A stretch of 63,925 nucleotides of DNA, filler included, from an uncultured bacterium (GCA_964449065.1; 4 parts of 4 records of this genome joined end to end with filler, not necessarily neighbours in it), one strand, 5' to 3'. Positions 9,492-20,428 are shown, counted from the whole stretch's first letter. Notes: a model not told the origin generated them from the letters alone. Numbers and translations are program-made.

Positions 9492-10139
9492 ATGGTTGAC
9501 TCTACAAAACTTAACAATGTTATATGCGCGGATACCGTAGCAGAGGGTACACTCAAAACCGGTAGCGATTTGTATGTGGAAGGACATTTTACTGGTAATC
9601 TTCACGTGGAGCATAACGCCTATGTTTCGCCAACAGGGCGTGTGATCGGAAAATTGAGAGCGGGGCATGGCGAGATCAAAGGTTGTGTGGAAGGGTTGCT
9701 GGAAGGCATAGAAACCATTACTCTCACGTCAACCGCATCCATAAACGGCACGTTAACTTCCCCAACATTATCGGTAGAGCCCGGCGCCAGTTTGGTCGCC
9801 TACTGCGCGATCACACCGGAAAACGAAATCCGTGATCAGTTTCAAGATCATCATTCAAAGAATTCCGATCACTCCAACGTCCGAACGGTCTCGTTTTCAT
9901 TTGCCTTTCCAAAGGCCGGTGAAGTTCGAGTCATTGGCGATTTTTGCGATTGGGATGAATCGAAAGCGCTGAAATGCTATCCTTCCAAAAACGGGCATTG
10001 GTCGGCGCAAATACAATTGCTGCCGGGAACGTATGAATATTTGGTGATGACGGACGGCGCCACTCAGTTAGACCCCACCAACAACGATAAAGTAGAAAAT
10101 TCCTTTGGCGGGCACAATTCGTTGATCACAATTTCTTAA
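9492..10139 (+). CDS. Bactofilin domain fused to a C-terminal CBM48/AMPK-like glycogen-binding domain
   Basis: N-terminal beta-helix pattern (DLYVEGHFTGNL...GEIKGCVEG...INGTL...LSVEPGASL); C-terminal AGEVRVIGDFCDW...GHWSAQIQLLPGTYEY...DPTN...NSFGGHNS. Confidence 0.85.
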   Translation: MVDSTKLNNVICADTVAEGTLKTGSDLYVEGHFTGNLHVEHNAYVSPTGRVIGKLRAGHGEIKGCVEGLLEGIETITLTSTASINGTLTSPTLSVEPGASLVAYCAITPENEIRDQFQDHHSKNSDHSNVRTVSFSFAFPKAGEVRVIGDFCDWDESKALKCYPSKNGHWSAQIQLLPGTYEYLVMTDGATQLDPTNNDKVENSFGGHNSLITIS

Positions 10140-10548
10140 GCGCGCGTGTTCGCATTTGCGCATAGCTGTATATCAACCCAACGATTGCCATTCCACCAAA
10201 AACATCAGCGATCAGGTCGCTAGAGGAAGGAGTTCTGCCCGGAACATACATTTGATGCACTTCATCGGTTACGCCGTATAGCGCTACAAAAGCGATTGTG
10301 GTTATTCCCGCCTTCCAATTGTAGTTTTTCCATTCGGCTCGCAGCCAAGCGCGAAGAAACAGAAACCCTAACAAGCCAAAAAGAATCATGTGAACCACTT
10401 TGTCCGCAAAAAACGCCCAAGGGGGAACTTCGACCGGAAAGGAACTGCGCGAGGATAAATAAAAGATTAATGCCATGTGCAGCAGCACCGGCAGCCAATA
10501 ACGGACGGCAGTGGATCGTGACAATTGACGAGTGTTTCGTTTATTCAT
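10126..10548 (-). CDS. VanZ-family membrane protein
   Basis: IFYLSS, DKVVH, DEVHQMYVPGR, DLIAD. Confidence 0.88.
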   Translation of the reverse strand: MNKRNTRQLSRSTAVRYWLPVLLHMALIFYLSSRSSFPVEVPPWAFFADKVVHMILFGLLGFLFLRAWLRAEWKNYNWKAGITTIAFVALYGVTDEVHQMYVPGRTPSSSDLIADVFGGMAIVGLIYSYAQMRTRALKKL

Positions 10549-10694
10549 AGTAGGCAATATGGGATAAGTTTGATGTTGGCTGTTTGCCCGTCTGCCCTCA
10601 CTATATTCATTTCCCAGAGGACAAAGGAAACCCTACCGCCGCATGGAATAAGACGATAGTGAAATTTTTGCATTTTGCGATTGTCATTCATTGA

Positions 10695-11351
10695 TCAGGC
10701 ACAAGAGGGCTGCGTGTGGAGGGTGGTGAGCGAATCTGAAATACAGTCAGCCGTCCTGCTTCCAACATCAAACACGTCCATTGTTTGTTTGATTTCTTCT
10801 TCGAGGGACGTTACATGCAAGTTGGGCATGCCGCAAGGGACAATTAAGCGAAACGGATCATGCTGCGGTTTGATGTTGAGCGAAAAGCCGTGGAAGGAAA
10901 ACCCGCAACGCACCCGCACCCCGATAAAGCCGATTTTGCGGTCATCCACCCATAAACCGGTTTTGCCGCAGATCACGTGGGTTTCGACGCGGAATTGGCG
11001 GCAGACCTGCATCATCACCACTTCCAGCATCCGTAGATAATCGCGGATTTTGATACCGCGCTGCTTCAGGTTGAGCACCGGATACACAACCAATTGCCCC
11101 GGACCATGATAGGTTGCCTGTCCGCCCCGGGGGGCGTTAAAGATATGAATGCCCTGTTTTTCATACTGCTCTGCCGGAAACAACAAATCGTCCGCGACAC
11201 CGCGTGTGCCCAGGGTTATCGTCGCCGGGTGTTCACAGATGAACAGTGCTTCTTGCCGCAGGGCAATCAATTCTTCCTGCCTCTTGCTGACCTGTTCGTA
11301 GGGATGGTCCACTGTCCAATATTCCACCGGCAAACTCATTTTCATCTCCAT
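10695..11351 (-). CDS. lipB: Lipoyl(octanoyl) transferase
   Basis: CEHP, RGGQATYHGPGQLVVYP, KIGFIG, HGFSLN, IVPCG. Confidence 0.95.
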   Translation of the reverse strand: MEMKMSLPVEYWTVDHPYEQVSKRQEELIALRQEALFICEHPATITLGTRGVADDLLFPAEQYEKQGIHIFNAPRGGQATYHGPGQLVVYPVLNLKQRGIKIRDYLRMLEVVMMQVCRQFRVETHVICGKTGLWVDDRKIGFIGVRVRCGFSFHGFSLNIKPQHDPFRLIVPCGMPNLHVTSLEEEIKQTMDVFDVGSRTADCISDSLTTLHTQPSCA

Positions 11352-11440
11352 GCAGTTGCGCTACAATCTTGCCATGCAAATAATAGCCGGGTCCGGCTCT
11401 ACCGTAATGGATATCCGGCACACCGGGTTGAGGTTAATCC

Positions 11441-14400
11441 ATGACAGAATCCCGCTTCGCGCATCTGCACGTTCATTCCGAGTATAGTCTTTTAAACGGC
11501 GTGTGCCGTTTAAAACCCCTGGCCGAAAAAGCCGCCGCATTGAACATGAACCACTTGGCATTGACCGATCATGGCGTTATGCACGGCGTGCTGGAATTTT
11601 ATAACATCACCAAAGCCGCGGGCATTCATCCCATCATCGGCGTGGATGCCAATATCGCCCCCGGTTCACGCCACGATAAGACCAAAAAGGAGGGCGAATA
11701 CAACAGTTACCCGCTTGTATTGCTGGCGAAGAACATGAAGGGATATGAAAACCTGATGCGTCTGTCATCCATCGCGCAGTTGGAAGGGTTTTATTATGTG
11801 CCCCGGATTGATAAGGAAATTTTGCGCGAGTATTCGGAAGGATTAATCGCTTTATCCGGTTCCATACGCGGTGAGGTGCCAACGCTAATTCGCCGGGGGC
11901 ACCTCAAGGACGCCAAACAATGCGCGCAGGACTATCTGGAGATATTTGGTGAAGGAAATTATTATCTCGAGGTTCTAGCGAAAGGCTATAACGATCAAAC
12001 CTCCACCAACCAAGCGTTGCGGGCGCTTTCGGAGGACATCTCTGTCCCGTTGGTTGCAGGAGTGGATGTCCATTACCTGACCCCGGAAGACGCGAAGACG
12101 CAGGATGTGCTGTTCTGCATCGGCAATAAGAAAACCCTGGATGACACCAACCGCTTTCAATCCCGCACCAATCAGTTGTACCTCAAATCGGAAGAAGAAA
12201 TGCGCGCGGAAATGCCGGAGTATATTGACGCGATTGAGCGTACGGTTGAAGTGGCGGAACGGTGTGAGTTGGAACTGCGATATGACGGCTCCCAGCTGCA
12301 CATGCCCGCGTTCGCGATTCCGGAAGGAGAAGGCACCAAGGCCGATTATTTGCGGACGCTGGTCTACAAAGGGGCGGAAGAGCGTTATGAAGAGGTGACG
12401 GTAGAAGTCAAAGAGCGCATTGAACGCGAGTTGGATCTGATCATCGGGCAGGATTATACCGGCTACTTTTTGATTGTGTGGGATTATATGAATTTCGCGC
12501 GCAAAGCCGGGATTTCGGTCGGGCCGGGGCGCGGTTCGGCGGCCGGTTCCGTGGTCGCGTTCGCCTTGTATATAACCGATATCGACCCGCTGAAGTATGG
12601 ATTGCTGTTCGAGCGCTTCCTCAATCCCGAACGGATATCGCCTCCGGATATTGATACGGACTTTTCCGACAAACGCCGCGATGAAGTCATTCGCTACACG
12701 CAAGAGAAATACGGCAAAGACAAAGTCTGCCAGATTGCCACCTTCGGCACAATCGGAGCCAAAAACGCTGTGCGTGACGTGGCAAGGGTGATGGGATTGC
12801 CTCCGGTAGAAGGCGACCGGATCGCGAAATTGATTCCGGACGGTTTGGGCGTATCGCTAACCGAAGCGTTGCAGGAAGTGCCGGAATTGCAGCGCATTCA
12901 AGAAGAAGACGAAACGCACGCGGAGTTGTTCCGCCTGGCGTTGTCCATTGAAGGGCTTTGCCGGAACACCGGAACGCACGCGGCGGGAATCATCATCGCG
13001 CCGGATGATTTGTGCAAGTTCACGCCGCTCATGCGGGGCGCGAATAAAGAGCAGGATGTATCCACGCAATACGAAATGAAATCGCTGGAAACCATCGGCC
13101 TGTTGAAGATGGATTTTTTGGGATTGAAAAACCTCTCGGTTATAGACGGTGCGGTCGATGTCATTCGCCGGTCGAACGATTCGGAGTTCAGCATCGAAAC
13201 GATTGATATGGAGGACCCGAAAACCTATGAGTTGTTGGGGCAAGGAAAGACCAACGGTGTGTTTCAATTGGAATCAACCGGCATGAAAGAACTGTTGCGC
13301 AAGATGAAGCCCAACACCTTTACGGATATCATCGCGTTGATCGCGTTGTACCGCCCCGGCCCGCTGGGCAGCGGGATGGTGGATGACTTTATCCGCCGCA
13401 AGCGTGGGGAAGAAGAGATTGTCTATGATCACCCTACGCTCGAGCCGATCCTGAAAGAGACGTACGGCATCATTTTGTATCAGGAACAAGTCATGCAAAT
13501 CGCAAACGTGATTGCCGGCTTCTCGCTCGGTCAAGCGGACATGATGCGGCGCGCGATGGGGAAGAAGAAGGTCGAGATTCTCAACGCGATGGAGAAGGAT
13601 TTTTATGCAGGGGCCGTGGAAAAGGGTGTGAGCCAAGAAATCGCTCAAAAGTTGTGGAATTTGATCTATCAATTTGCCGGCTATGGTTTTAACAAATCCC
13701 ACAGCGCGGCCTATGCGGTCATTACCTACCGTACGGCCTATTTAAAGGCGCATTATCCCGCGGCGTTTTTGGCCTCTCTGCTCACAACCGATATGAACGA
13801 CACCAACAAGGTTGTGAAGTACATGGCCGACGCGAAAGATTTTGGCATCGATGTGCTGCCGCCGGATGTGAATGAATCGATGGAAGACTTTTCTGTCACC
13901 GATGAAGGCATCCGCTTTGGACTGGCGGCAATCAAAAGCATCAGCGGCACCGCCATTCGCGCGATTAGCAAAGAACGGCAAGCCAACGGGAAATACGTCT
14001 CACTGACCGACTTCTGCAACCGCGCCAAAGCAGGCGTGTTGAGTAAAAGTTTGATGGAAACCTTGATCCGCGCCGGGACCTTTGATGAATTCGGGCACAA
14101 CCGCGCCACGCTCCTGCAAGCATATCCCACCGCGCTAGAACGGGCGCAGGGAAGGTTGAAAGACTTGGCCATCGGTCAGGAATCCTTATTCGGTGATTTA
14201 GAGGATGATACGTCCGTTCAGGATGATTTTATCGTGCCTGTGCCCGAACTGCCCAAGATCGAAATCGCCAAGAGCGAAAAGGCGCTGCTGGGGTTTCATT
14301 TAACCTGCCACCCGCTGGATGATTATCCGCTGGAAACACGGGCGTTCGCGCAGAATCGTATCCGCGATATTGTGGCCTTGATCGAAACCGGCGGCGAGCG

Positions 14401-14980
14401 GTATGTGCGGTTGTTTGGTATCGCCTCAAAGGTAAAGATGAAGAAGATCAAGTCCGGCGACCGGATCGGGCTGTTTTATTTGGACGACGGCACCGGTGAA
14501 TTGGAAGCGGCGGTCATGCCCGCGCTGCTTGAACAAGTCTCAGACAAACTGCAAGACGAAGCGCTGTTGATTGTGGAAGGAAACGCATCCGCGCGGGGGG
14601 ATGAACTGAGCGTGCGCTGCGAACGGATCTTTACCATCGATGAAGGATGGGAAGAATACATCCGAGAGATGCATGTTTCGCTACCGGGTGAACTGCTGGA
14701 CGAAGACCGGCTTACACGCTTGAAGCAAGAACTGGATTCCCGGCAGGGGAATGTATCGGTCTATCTCCATTTTCAAGTGCCGGATGTGGGGATTGTGGAT
14801 TACGCGCTGGACGCGCACCGCGTAACCGCCAGCCGTGATTTAAAGATGGCGGTGCAGGTGCTGTTTGACCCTTGCGAGTTGGCGTTTAAGTCGTACCAAT
14901 CCAAAGCGCCGGAGAACAAAAAGCGGCGTTGGGGGAATGGGCGAAACGGGAATGGCCGGAACGGAAACGGATCGCGTTGA
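11441..14980 (+). CDS. dnaE: DNA polymerase III alpha subunit
   Basis: PHP HLHVHSEYSLL, GRGSAAGS, PPDIDTDF, YGFNKSHSAAY, C-terminal OB fold. Confidence 0.98.
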   Translation: MTESRFAHLHVHSEYSLLNGVCRLKPLAEKAAALNMNHLALTDHGVMHGVLEFYNITKAAGIHPIIGVDANIAPGSRHDKTKKEGEYNSYPLVLLAKNMKGYENLMRLSSIAQLEGFYYVPRIDKEILREYSEGLIALSGSIRGEVPTLIRRGHLKDAKQCAQDYLEIFGEGNYYLEVLAKGYNDQTSTNQALRALSEDISVPLVAGVDVHYLTPEDAKTQDVLFCIGNKKTLDDTNRFQSRTNQLYLKSEEEMRAEMPEYIDAIERTVEVAERCELELRYDGSQLHMPAFAIPEGEGTKADYLRTLVYKGAEERYEEVTVEVKERIERELDLIIGQDYTGYFLIVWDYMNFARKAGISVGPGRGSAAGSVVAFALYITDIDPLKYGLLFERFLNPERISPPDIDTDFSDKRRDEVIRYTQEKYGKDKVCQIATFGTIGAKNAVRDVARVMGLPPVEGDRIAKLIPDGLGVSLTEALQEVPELQRIQEEDETHAELFRLALSIEGLCRNTGTHAAGIIIAPDDLCKFTPLMRGANKEQDVSTQYEMKSLETIGLLKMDFLGLKNLSVIDGAVDVIRRSNDSEFSIETIDMEDPKTYELLGQGKTNGVFQLESTGMKELLRKMKPNTFTDIIALIALYRPGPLGSGMVDDFIRRKRGEEEIVYDHPTLEPILKETYGIILYQEQVMQIANVIAGFSLGQADMMRRAMGKKKVEILNAMEKDFYAGAVEKGVSQEIAQKLWNLIYQFAGYGFNKSHSAAYAVITYRTAYLKAHYPAAFLASLLTTDMNDTNKVVKYMADAKDFGIDVLPPDVNESMEDFSVTDEGIRFGLAAIKSISGTAIRAISKERQANGKYVSLTDFCNRAKAGVLSKSLMETLIRAGTFDEFGHNRATLLQAYPTALERAQGRLKDLAIGQESLFGDLEDDTSVQDDFIVPVPELPKIEIAKSEKALLGFHLTCHPLDDYPLETRAFAQNRIRDIVALIETGGERYVRLFGIASKVKMKKIKSGDRIGLFYLDDGTGELEAAVMPALLEQVSDKLQDEALLIVEGNASARGDELSVRCERIFTIDEGWEEYIREMHVSLPGELLDEDRLTRLKQELDSRQGNVSVYLHFQVPDVGIVDYALDAHRVTASRDLKMAVQVLFDPCELAFKSYQSKAPENKKRRWGNGRNGNGRNGNGSR

Positions 14981-15126
14981 TTTTTTAACCGCTTATAGAC
15001 ACACATTTCCTTGAACAAGGTCTCCCTTTTTATATCAAGTGACCGTAGGGGTTCCATGTCCATGGTTTTTATAAACGAATCCCGACAGCTTCCTGCCCAG
15101 CATTCTAAACTCAGGAGACGTTACGG

Positions 15127-16611
15127 TTGGCTATGCGCGAAATGTATCCGGTGATTGGGGCGGCGGTTGTATATGCCTTGGCCGTATATCTGGCCGGGGT
15201 GTTTGTGCTGCAGCAGTTTGCCAATTCTGCGGATGAGTTTGATTATCTGTACCAAGCGCATACCTTCGCATCCGGCAAGGTGTCGAATGATGCGCATCCC
15301 ATGCAAGAATTTTTATCGCCGTTTTTTATCAAAGAGCATAAGGGAAAGGTGTTTTCCATTTTTCCTCCCGGCTGGCCTGTGTTTCTTACCTTCGGCGTGT
15401 GGATAGAAAATCCCTGGATTGTAAATCCCATCCTGGCCGGTTTCACGCTCATCGTTCTGTACCGGATCAGCCGGTATTTTATGAATCCAACATTTTCCTG
15501 GCTGACGGTTGGCTTATGGACGCTTTCGCCGATGGTGATTTTAAACAGCGCCTCGCTTTATTCGCATTCTTGCTGTTCGTTTTTCATACTGCTGTCGATG
15601 CTGTTTTTGATTCGCTGTGACAGGCAGTTTCATGCGGTTGACGGTCTTCTGGCAGGTGTGTGCATGGCTCTGTCGTTTTGTACAAGAGAACTAACGGCGG
15701 TGGCGGTCCTGCTGCTTCCGGTTTTGGTTGTGATGTATGTTTCCCCCAACCGGTTGCGGTTTTTGCTTTGTGCCGCGATGGGTATTTTTCCGGTTGCGCT
15801 TTTGTATGGATGGTATTGCGCGCAGCTTACGGGATACTGGTTTTACCCGCCGCGTTATTTGCTTTTGGATGAGTATTTGGGATTCGGGTGGCGTGAGATT
15901 CGCTTGTTTGATTACACCGAGCGGCAGTATCACGGGCCATTGGATGCGGTTCGTATTACCGTGGCGAACGGGTGGCGGCTGTTCCATTGGACAATCTTTA
16001 TGTTCCCGCTTTTTTCCATGGGTGGTTTGTATTTTTACCGCACACACCGCTGGATGGTTGTATTTCTGTTATCTTCGCTGCTCTTGATCGCGGCATACTC
16101 GCTGTATCCCTCAGAAGGGGGAAGCCAGTATGGGGCACGCTTTTATTATGAGGCGCTTCCCCTTCTGGCTGTAATTGCAGGATATATGGTTCAACGAATA
16201 TGGATGGACTGGAAGCCCGTGCCAGCCGGTACCACGTACCGGTCATGGCATCTCAAAACCAAAGCGTATCCCGGTTTATTGGGAATCATGCTGTTGGTTT
16301 TGTTTGGTTATCCCTACACACATATTCCGAATGTGTATGAATCGGTTTATCAACGGCGGGATTTGTTTCGCCAAATTGCGCATAAGGATTTAAACCATGC
16401 CTTGGTGTTTGTGAACTCACCCAGCGGGGATATGACGCATGGCGATTTGATTCGCAACCTGCCGGATTATAGAAACGCCCTGGTGATATACGCCTGGGAT
16501 TTAGCGGGACGCAACCGGGAGTTGGTGAAACACTTTCCTCAACGCAATGTGTACCGCTATACCCGGCATGAGAGCGGGCGGTTTGCGGTTTTGGTGCCGC
16601 ATAAGCTGTGA
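15127..16611 (+). CDS. GT-C fold membrane glycosyltransferase (GT39/ArnT/PMT-like)
   Basis: N-terminal TM then DE motif (SADEFDY), FPPGWP, many TM helices, GARFYYE. Confidence 0.75.
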   Translation: MAMREMYPVIGAAVVYALAVYLAGVFVLQQFANSADEFDYLYQAHTFASGKVSNDAHPMQEFLSPFFIKEHKGKVFSIFPPGWPVFLTFGVWIENPWIVNPILAGFTLIVLYRISRYFMNPTFSWLTVGLWTLSPMVILNSASLYSHSCCSFFILLSMLFLIRCDRQFHAVDGLLAGVCMALSFCTRELTAVAVLLLPVLVVMYVSPNRLRFLLCAAMGIFPVALLYGWYCAQLTGYWFYPPRYLLLDEYLGFGWREIRLFDYTERQYHGPLDAVRITVANGWRLFHWTIFMFPLFSMGGLYFYRTHRWMVVFLLSSLLLIAAYSLYPSEGGSQYGARFYYEALPLLAVIAGYMVQRIWMDWKPVPAGTTYRSWHLKTKAYPGLLGIMLLVLFGYPYTHIPNVYESVYQRRDLFRQIAHKDLNHALVFVNSPSGDMTHGDLIRNLPDYRNALVIYAWDLAGRNRELVKHFPQRNVYRYTRHESGRFAVLVPHKL

Positions 16612-16784
16612 CAGCCATTTTATACCGGTGCAATTTGTGATTGTTGCATGTTGAAAACGTCATCTCTTTTTTCGTTGGATTATACCAAACGAAAAACAAC
16701 TGTCCGCTTTCGGTAGTCATGGTGGGCTATTGGACACAAGCCGTTTGATTGGATGCAGGCTCACACTCAACTTTAATCGTGTTC

Positions 16785-16840
16785 ACAACCCCCTCTGTCC
16801 TCCTTACGTCGGACATCTCCCCCAAATGCTTTGGGGGAGA
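16785..16840 (+). repeat. REP-like palindromic element at a contig end
   Basis: CACAACCCCCTCTGT...TCTCCCCCAAATGCTTTGGGGGAGA, related to the cores at 33966-34003 and 40690-40726. Confidence 0.7.
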
Positions 16841-16940
16841 NNNNNNNNNNNNNNNNNNNNNNNNNNNNNNNNNNNNNNNNNNNNTTAATTAATTAANNNN
16901 NNNNNNNNNNNNNNNNNNNNNNNNNNNNNNNNNNNNNNNN
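16841..16940. other. Artificial contig linker (N44-TTAATTAATTAA-N44)
   Basis: Six-frame stop spacer embedded in Ns. Confidence 0.97.
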
Positions 16941-18596
16941 GCTGACGGCGAAGATATCGACCGACAGGGTATCGTTTTGCAAATAGGTTTCGATCCGCTC
17001 AATGGTTTCAAAATCGCCGCGGATGTAGGGCAGGGCAGTGTTTACGGCAACAAAGCGGTGCGATTTCACCCTGCCGTTTTTCGCGCTGACATCGGGCAGC
17101 GTTACCGGTTCCTGCGGCATGTGGCAATCCTGGCAACTGCGTTTTTTGGACGGCAGATAAAACGTGCGTGCCGCATTGAGCGCGACACCGCTGTCGTGCC
17201 AGTTGTCGTACTCGTTTTGTCCGCGAATCCAGCGGTAATGGTTGACCGGTTCATCCAACGAGACTTTGTGGCATGTCATGCAATATTCCGAAGACCGGAA
17301 AAACGGTTTGAGCATGCGGCTTTTGTGAACCGTGGGTTTTGATTTCATGATCATATCGCCCAGCAAGCGGGGCACACCGCTTTTGGTCTCGGCAAATAGA
17401 TAAGTCGAAGGTGTTTGGCTCGCCAGATTGTAATTCCCATTGCCTTCTTTGCCGTGCAGTTTATCGATGATATGGCAAGACAGGCAGGTTAACCCAGCCT
17501 GTGCCAGTGGTGAAAAGGGATCGATTTCCTTTTTCATGTTGCCGGTGAATAGCAGGGCAGGGTCGTGGCAGCCCGCGCACCACTGGCTGCGTTCTACTCC
17601 GTTTTCTTGCTCGCGGAGGTTGTCGATACTGGCTTTGTAAAATGGGTTGTTAAAGGATGAAAAACGGTGGGCGGATTTCGACCATTGTTCAACAATGCCG
17701 GCATGGCAGCGCGCGCAGGTTTTTGAGCCGATGGTCTCACTCACCAAAAAACCATATTGCTCCAATTCCGCGTCAATGCGGTCTTGATGAACATAATCGC
17801 TTTGGGTAAGCACAGAGTCATCCAGCAATTCTCCGGATTCGGTTGTGACACGAGAGGGAAAAAATGGGCTGTCTTTTTTGCCGATGTTATCGGGTTCAAA
17901 CGGGATGTAAGGATCCGTCACATCGCCAACAACCAAAGTCCCCGGATTCGGATCTGAGACGATTGGTTTTAGATACCCTTCTTCCAGTTCCGGCATTGTG
18001 CCGTGATGCAGAACCGTCATAAGAGCGAAAAGTATGCCTACGACACCAACTATGACCGCGATATGCCGTTTTATATATTGCGTATGGGAGGCCAGCCGGT
18101 GCGCGATATAAATAAGAGGGATCAGTAACGCGAGAATGCGGTGGCCATGAAAAATCCAGCGGTTTTGAATGCTGTTGGCTTCCGTTAAAATAAATAAGCC
18201 GGAGAGGGTAATTAGTACGGCCGCGGCGGCAAGCGTTCCCCCCATTGTAATTGCTTTGATGTTGCGGCGCTTCAGCGCGTTTTTGAGGTGCCATACGACA
18301 AACCCCGCTACGATGAGAAACAATCCAAGGCCAATCACAATATGCAATAGCAGCATGGATTGATAAAACGGAGACAACGCACTGGTCGAATTTAAATTGA
18401 TCGAGTCAACAATTTCTTGAGAACCGGCCATTCCGTATGTGGAGACCTCATAACGCTGTTCATTCAACTCTGAATTTCTTGGTTTGGGATTATTGAGATA
18501 CAAATAGACAGAATTAGCCAGGATGAATACAGTGAAGAAACCAATGATCCCAAAAAGGCGCTTCTGCCCTTGGGTTAACACACTAGGCATAGACAT
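16941..18596 (-). CDS. Membrane-anchored multiheme cytochrome c (3' truncated at the contig end)
   Basis: About 5 N-terminal TM helices; CxxCH x5 (CARCH, CAGCH, CLSCH, CMTCH, CQDCH). Confidence 0.85.
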
Positions 18597-18693
18597 CTTT
18601 CTTCCCTTAAAATTTGCATTTGCAAATACAAGTTAAGCATTATATCATTCTACAATCAGAATACTAGAAAAAACACAGGGGAGGTACCAGGCA

Positions 18694-19197
18694 TTGAATG
18701 AAGCGTTAGTTTATACCTTTCATCAAACTCCTTTTGGTCATTCATTGATTGCCTGTACCAATTCCGCGTTGGTTCATACCGCTTTGCGACCTCAACAAGA
18801 TCAGATAAGTCAAGATTATGCAAGATTGGGGTACCAACCAATTCAAGGAGAAAACAAAGTAACGGAAAAAGTGAGAAATCAGTTGGATGAGTATTTTGCC
18901 GGCAAACGAAAACGGTTTACGGTTCCTCTGCAATTTCATGGAACCGACTTCCAAAAGAAAGTGTGGGAATTGGTTACTGAAATCCCTTATGGTGAAGTGA
19001 TGGCCTACAGCGAGCTGGCAATCATGGCAAACCATCCCCGCGCCTCCCGCGCGGTAGGAACAGCAATGGCAAAAAACCGAATCCCGATCCTAGTGCCTTG
19101 CCATAGGGTCATTCCCGTGAACCGAAAGATAGGCAACTATACCGGCGGTGTCGATATCAAAGATCAATTGTTGCGGTTGGAAGGGGTGAAACTTTAA
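18694..19197 (+). CDS. ogt: Methylated-DNA--protein-cysteine methyltransferase
   Basis: GTDFQKKVW, IPYG, RAVG, PCHRV active site. Confidence 0.95.
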   Translation: MNEALVYTFHQTPFGHSLIACTNSALVHTALRPQQDQISQDYARLGYQPIQGENKVTEKVRNQLDEYFAGKRKRFTVPLQFHGTDFQKKVWELVTEIPYGEVMAYSELAIMANHPRASRAVGTAMAKNRIPILVPCHRVIPVNRKIGNYTGGVDIKDQLLRLEGVKL

Positions 19198-19200
19198 TGG

Positions 19201-20376
19201 TTAACCGGTATGTTCGATGATCATCATGCTGACATCATCTGCATACGATTTGGCGTGGTTGAAATCTTTGAGAGTTTCAAAGATATGTTGCAGCAGTTCT
19301 TGACCGGATAAAGCTTCTGCCTTTTTGATTAACTTTTTCAGCCGGTTAAATCCAAAAAAAGTATCATCCGCATTTTTTACATCCAATACGCCATCCGTAA
19401 ATAAAATCAATTTGTCCCCCGTATTCAATACGATTCTGTGCACATCAAAAAAACGGTTTTCAAATGTCAATAATGGATAGCCTTCTTGATTGCGAAGTTC
19501 CTTTATTTCCCCCGTTTTTGCTTGGACAAACAAGGCGGGAGGATGTCCGGCTGAGGTGTAACGGTATTCCAAGGTATCCAGATTCAAGACACTATACAGC
19601 ATGGTCACAAAATGCCCGGTTTTTACATGCCGCGCCAACACGTCTTGAAAGCGGTGCAAGGCTTGATCCGGTTCAATAATCCCGCTGGAAAACTCCTTCA
19701 CCGTCATTTGAGTTAACGCCATGATGACGGCGGCGGAAGCGCCATGCCCCGCGATATCCGCCATAACAATGCCCCAATGGTTATCATCAACGGGAACGAC
19801 ATCGTAATAATCACCCCCAGCCTTCATGGAAGGGATGTATTTCACCGATAGGCGGATATTTGGATGTTCTGGCAATTGCGTGGGAAGAAAGGAACGCTGA
19901 ATATCCGCTACGATATCCAACTCCCGGTTGATTTGATGTACCGTTCGCGACAATTGAAAATAGGTTTCTTTGAGTTCAACATGCAGTTGGCGGGTACGCA
20001 GCAACCGTTTGACTCTGGCCAACAAGTCATCTCGAATCGGCGGTTTGATGACATAATCATCCGCGCCGCATCGAAAGCCAGCCACAATGTCTTTCGTTTC
20101 CCGTTTGACGGTCAAAATCATAACCGGCAAATTATGGTTTTCCTCATTGGTTAGCGCTTTAATGGTTCGGCAGATCGTAAGACCATCACCATCCGGCAGG
20201 ACCATATCAATAATGACCAAATCCGGATTCAATTCCTTGATCATACGCAGGCCGTCGGTTTGATTCATGGCGGAATAGACGGCGTATCCCTCTTTTTCTA
20301 ATATATGGCGTATCACCCTTTCATCGACAGGAGAGTCTTCCACCAATAATATGGTATAGTTTTCGGCGCCAACCAT
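19201..20376 (-). CDS. Response regulator with PP2C/SpoIIE phosphatase domain (RsbU/RsbP-like)
   Basis: REC plus GGDYYD, ADIAGHG, AGHPP, FTDG, DD motifs. Confidence 0.93.
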   Translation of the reverse strand: MVGAENYTILLVEDSPVDERVIRHILEKEGYAVYSAMNQTDGLRMIKELNPDLVIIDMVLPDGDGLTICRTIKALTNEENHNLPVMILTVKRETKDIVAGFRCGADDYVIKPPIRDDLLARVKRLLRTRQLHVELKETYFQLSRTVHQINRELDIVADIQRSFLPTQLPEHPNIRLSVKYIPSMKAGGDYYDVVPVDDNHWGIVMADIAGHGASAAVIMALTQMTVKEFSSGIIEPDQALHRFQDVLARHVKTGHFVTMLYSVLNLDTLEYRYTSAGHPPALFVQAKTGEIKELRNQEGYPLLTFENRFFDVHRIVLNTGDKLILFTDGVLDVKNADDTFFGFNRLKKLIKKAEALSGQELLQHIFETLKDFNHAKSYADDVSMMIIEHTG

Positions 20377-20428
20377 AGAATCACATCAAAATAGGAATGA
20401 TTAGTCAATCGAATGGGTCGTTGCATGA

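Noticed and set aside
16885..16896. TTAATTAATTAA motif recurring every ~16.9 kb
   Set aside because: Embedded in Ns; an artificial six-frame-stop contig spacer, not biology.
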